From: Bdellovibrionota bacterium
GTDB lineage: Bacteria; Bdellovibrionota_C; UBA2361
DNA length: 18,826 nucleotides
Direction: 5' to 3'
Assembly: GCA_044352465.1 (NCBI GenBank)
Contig: JBILDU010000058.1
Span: 1-18,826, forward strand
Position 1 is the first letter of the stretch. Every line of letters begins with the position of its first letter. The notes beneath the pieces were generated by a model. The model saw only the letters and a list, made by a program, of their open reading frames with translations. It had not been told where the DNA came from and searched no databases. Shown in pieces: positions 16,071 to 18,826 of this stretch. A program made the translations under genes and the position numbers.

Positions 16071-16457
16071 CTATTTCTCTACGACAGCGATAACCTCAAT
16101 CTCTACTTTGGATCCACGGGGCAATGCGGCGACCTGTACGGTTGAGCGTGCTGGTCGGGTGCCGTTCATCCATTTCTCGTAAAGAGAGTTCACCGTTTGA
16201 AAGTTTCCGAGATCGGTAAGGAAGATCGTCGTCTTTACGACATGGGAGAAGTCGAGGGAGAGGTGCTTGAGAACCCCCTCGATGTTTCGCATGACCTGGT
16301 TTGTCTGATCCTCGATCCCGTCCCCGATTATCTCACCGGTTGCTGGGTTGAGCGGGATCTGGCCCGCCAAGTATGCGGTGTTTCCAGTTATCGCGGCTTG
16401 AGAGTAGGGACCGATGGCCTGCGGGGCGTTGGGGGCGTCGCTAATATATCGAATCAT
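16071..16457 (-). CDS. ridA: RidA family enamine/imine deaminase
   Basis: APQAIGPYSQA, AGQIPLNP, VVKTTIFL, PARSTV (catalytic Arg), LP.GS.VEIE. GAGGAG precedes ATG 16457. Confidence 0.95.
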   Translation of the reverse strand: MIRYISDAPNAPQAIGPYSQAAITGNTAYLAGQIPLNPATGEIIGDGIEDQTNQVMRNIEGVLKHLSLDFSHVVKTTIFLTDLGNFQTVNSLYEKWMNGTRPARSTVQVAALPRGSKVEIEVIAVVEK

Positions 16458-16490
16458 ATGCTCCTCGCTTCTAAACAAAAGGGTCAATTT

Positions 16491-16523
16491 CTCACAGTTT
16501 GCTAACGGAATCCTTACAATTCA
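16491..16523 (+). promoter_or_regulatory. Pho-box-like triple direct repeat
   Basis: CTCACAGTTTG / CTAACGGAATC / CTTACAATTCA: CTnAC at an exact 11-bp period (16491, 16502, 16513), upstream of the PhoB-like regulator. Confidence 0.55.
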
Positions 16524-16683
16524 CCGATTGCTGAGTGAACTGAGGGGGCTACGCCTCGGTCGTAGCAGAATACGTGAAGGAATGCAATAAAACCAAGGAT
16601 TTGAGAGCAGTCCTTTGCTTGATGGGGCGCTCTTCTTGGGGTATCGATCGGGGGCTTAAACGTTCATCGAGGAGGCTCTCCCC

Positions 16684-17376
16684 GTGGCCAAAGAACGCAT
16701 CCTAGTCGTCGATGATGAGGAAGATATCCTCGAGCTCGTGCGCTACAACCTCTCCAAAGAAGGGTATCAGGTTCGTGGCGTCGGTTCAGGAGAGGAGGCG
16801 CTCGCGGTAGCCCGTGCAGAGCGGCCGGATCTTATTATCCTCGATCTCATGCTCCCTGGCATCGACGGGCTCGATGTCTGTAAATCCCTCAAGGGCGATT
16901 CAAAGACAAAATCGATCCCGATTATCATGGTCACGGCGAAGGGGGAGGACGCCGACGTTGTTTCGGGGCTTGAGCTCGGGGCGGAGGACTACGTTACAAA
17001 ACCTTTTAGCCCCCGAATCCTCTCCGCGAGGGTGAAAGCTGCGCTCCGCCGTCAACGCGGGCCTCTCGACGACAAGTCAGCTAAAGCTCCGATTACGATC
17101 GAGGAGCTGCATATCAATCCGGGGCGTCATGAAGTGCTTATTAAAGATAAGCTTATTGAACTGACCAACACTGAGTTTAAACTCCTGCATCTCCTTGCAA
17201 GTCAGCCCGGGTGGGTCTTCACGCGCTATCAGATCGTCGATAACGTTCACGGCGAGGACTATCCGGTGACCGACCGTTCAGTGGATGTCCAGGTCGTCGG
17301 TTTACGCAAGAAACTTGGCCGGTATGGTAAGTGCATCGAGACCGTACGGGGCGTGGGGTATCGCTTTAAGGGTTAG
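16684..17376 (+). CDS. phoB: OmpR-family response regulator, PhoB/PhoP-like
   Basis: ILVVDDE, IILDLMLP (phospho-Asp), TAK, KPF receiver motifs. Winged helix with DRSVDVQV..LRKKL and IETVRGVGYRF. GGAGG SD. Paired with a PhoR-like kinase. Confidence 0.88.
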   Translation: MAKERILVVDDEEDILELVRYNLSKEGYQVRGVGSGEEALAVARAERPDLIILDLMLPGIDGLDVCKSLKGDSKTKSIPIIMVTAKGEDADVVSGLELGAEDYVTKPFSPRILSARVKAALRRQRGPLDDKSAKAPITIEELHINPGRHEVLIKDKLIELTNTEFKLLHLLASQPGWVFTRYQIVDNVHGEDYPVTDRSVDVQVVGLRKKLGRYGKCIETVRGVGYRFKG

Positions 17377-17379
17377 GCA

Positions 17380-18801
17380 TTGAAGGCACGGACATTTCCG
17401 GCGCGTTTTTATCAGTTGGTGGGCCTCATGGTGGTCCCGGCGGCGCTTGCGGTGATACTCCTGGTGGCCGCCGATCAGGGATGGCTCTACACCGAAAAAC
17501 GGATCGAACTCCTTGCTTTGGCAGCGCTCTTTGCTGCGATTGTGGGGGGAGTTTCTCTTACTTTGGCGGTACGCCGACTCCACACCCGCCTGGATGACGT
17601 GGTAGGGGCGGTGCGACGATTCACTGCCGGAGAGCTCGACCATCGCTTGATGGTCCCTCGCAACGACTTTCTCTATGAGCTCTCGCTTGCGCTCAACCAT
17701 ATGGGCGCACGGCTCGGAACTCGCATCAGAAAAGCCCAGCAGCAGCGCATCGATGAAGCCGCGATACTCTCGACGATGGCTGAGGGGGTCATCGTTGTCG
17801 ATGGTGACGAGCGTATCGTGCGGATGAACGATGCGGCGTGTGCGGTGCTCGCGCCCAAGATCGTCGAGGTAACGGGCCGGCTCGTTCAGGAGGTCGTGCG
17901 TAATGCCGAGATTCAGCGTTTAGTCCGCGATGTTTTAAGTGGTCAGGAATCGCGTGAAACCGAAGTCGTCATATTTGGTGAGCCGGATCGGCATCTACGG
18001 GTGTACGGTCGACCGCTGAAAACCGATTCAGGGCGTGGTCGGCGGGTGCTCGTCGTGTGGAGCGATATCTCGCGGATAAAGCACCTTGAGACCGTTCGGC
18101 GCGATTTCGTCTCCAACGTTTCCCACGAGCTCCGAACGCCGATTACCTCGATAAAAGGCTTCGTTGAGACCCTGCTGGATGGGGCGCTCGATAATCCGAC
18201 TGAGGCGCGCCGATTCTTGGAGATTGTGGGGCGCCAGGCGGAGCGGCTGGAGTTCATCTTTGAGGATCTCTTGAGTCTCTCCCGACTGGAGCAAGGAGAG
18301 GAATCAGCCTCGATTGAGCTTGAGCCGGGCGATATTACAGCGATAGCGAGTCGTGCAATCGAGAACTGTGCCCGCAAAGCCCATGATCGCGGTGTCCGAG
18401 TGGTGCTGGATGGAGGGCGAGTCGTTTCCCCTCACGTCAATAGCTCGCTCATGGAGCAAGCGATTACCAACCTCATCGATAATGCGATTACCTACACTGA
18501 GCGAGAGGGGTGCGTCACGGTGGCGGTTCGCGAAGACTCGCACCACTATGTGGTGGCGGTGCAGGACACCGGGTGTGGTATCGATGCGAGCCATCTCGGC
18601 CGGCTCTTTGAGCGATTCTATCGAGTTGATAAAGCGCGCACCCGCAAAGTGGGGGGGACGGGCCTCGGCCTTGCTATCGTGAAGCATATCGCCCGGGTCC
18701 ACCGGGGAGAGGTCGGTGTAGAGAGCGTGGTCGGCGCGGGGAGTGTTTTTACTATTCGACTCCCCAAGGTTGAAAGTGACTCGCAAGTGAGTAACCAGTA
18801 A
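17380..18801 (+). CDS. phoR: Sensor histidine kinase, PhoR-like (2 TM-HAMP-PAS-HisKA-HATPase)
   Basis: LETVRRDFVSNVSHELRTPITSIKGFVETL H-box typical of PhoR. Also NLIDNAI, DTGCGI, FERFYRVDKAR and GGTGLGLAIVKHI, with a PAS region starting M.EGVIVVD. Confidence 0.9.
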   Translation: MKARTFPARFYQLVGLMVVPAALAVILLVAADQGWLYTEKRIELLALAALFAAIVGGVSLTLAVRRLHTRLDDVVGAVRRFTAGELDHRLMVPRNDFLYELSLALNHMGARLGTRIRKAQQQRIDEAAILSTMAEGVIVVDGDERIVRMNDAACAVLAPKIVEVTGRLVQEVVRNAEIQRLVRDVLSGQESRETEVVIFGEPDRHLRVYGRPLKTDSGRGRRVLVVWSDISRIKHLETVRRDFVSNVSHELRTPITSIKGFVETLLDGALDNPTEARRFLEIVGRQAERLEFIFEDLLSLSRLEQGEESASIELEPGDITAIASRAIENCARKAHDRGVRVVLDGGRVVSPHVNSSLMEQAITNLIDNAITYTEREGCVTVAVREDSHHYVVAVQDTGCGIDASHLGRLFERFYRVDKARTRKVGGTGLGLAIVKHIARVHRGEVGVESVVGAGSVFTIRLPKVESDSQVSNQ

Positions 18802-18809
18802 GGAGAGAC

Positions 18810-18826
18810 ATGAGCGCTGCGGTAAG
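18810..18826 (+). CDS. Start of the next gene (truncated by window edge)
   Basis: AGGAG SD directly after the phoR stop, then ATG AGC GCT GCG GTA. Too short to identify. Confidence 0.45.

Noticed and set aside
1..18826. CRISPR array, tRNA/rRNA, transposase, integrase, prophage or defence genes
   Set aside because: No regularly spaced repeats, RNA gene signatures or such protein motifs were seen.

Overview
Bacterial chromosomal window with a moderately GC-rich composition and no mobile element, CRISPR array or RNA gene recognised. It begins with the 3' part of a K+-dependent membrane pyrophosphatase (hppA) and its terminator. A convergent type IV minor-pilin operon follows (fimU-like, pilV, pilW, pilX, a large vWA-containing pilY1), ending in a translationally coupled secreted DUF5666-like gene rather than pilE. 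Next come a hairpin-rich 480 bp spacer and a membrane-anchored CxxC peroxiredoxin-like (PRXL2/SelL-like) gene. That gene is divergent from an SDR / FAD oxidoreductase / DUF1365 / Cfa-family methyltransferase operon, which resembles the ufaD-ufaO-ufaM furan/methylated fatty acid pathway. The rest is a secreted hypothetical gene, a divergent Zn-deacetylase (HDAC family) / speG pair, ridA and a PhoB/PhoR-like two-component system. The strongest leads are: (i) a Cfa with an E. coli-like scaffold but methylase-type active-site motifs in a Ufa-like operon next to a membrane redoxin; (ii) the head-to-head acetylase/deacetylase pair with a structured leader; (iii) DUF5666 as a candidate pilus-tip accessory; (iv) two Pho-box-like 11-bp repeats. 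All calls come from motif recognition by eye, and no database searches were run.
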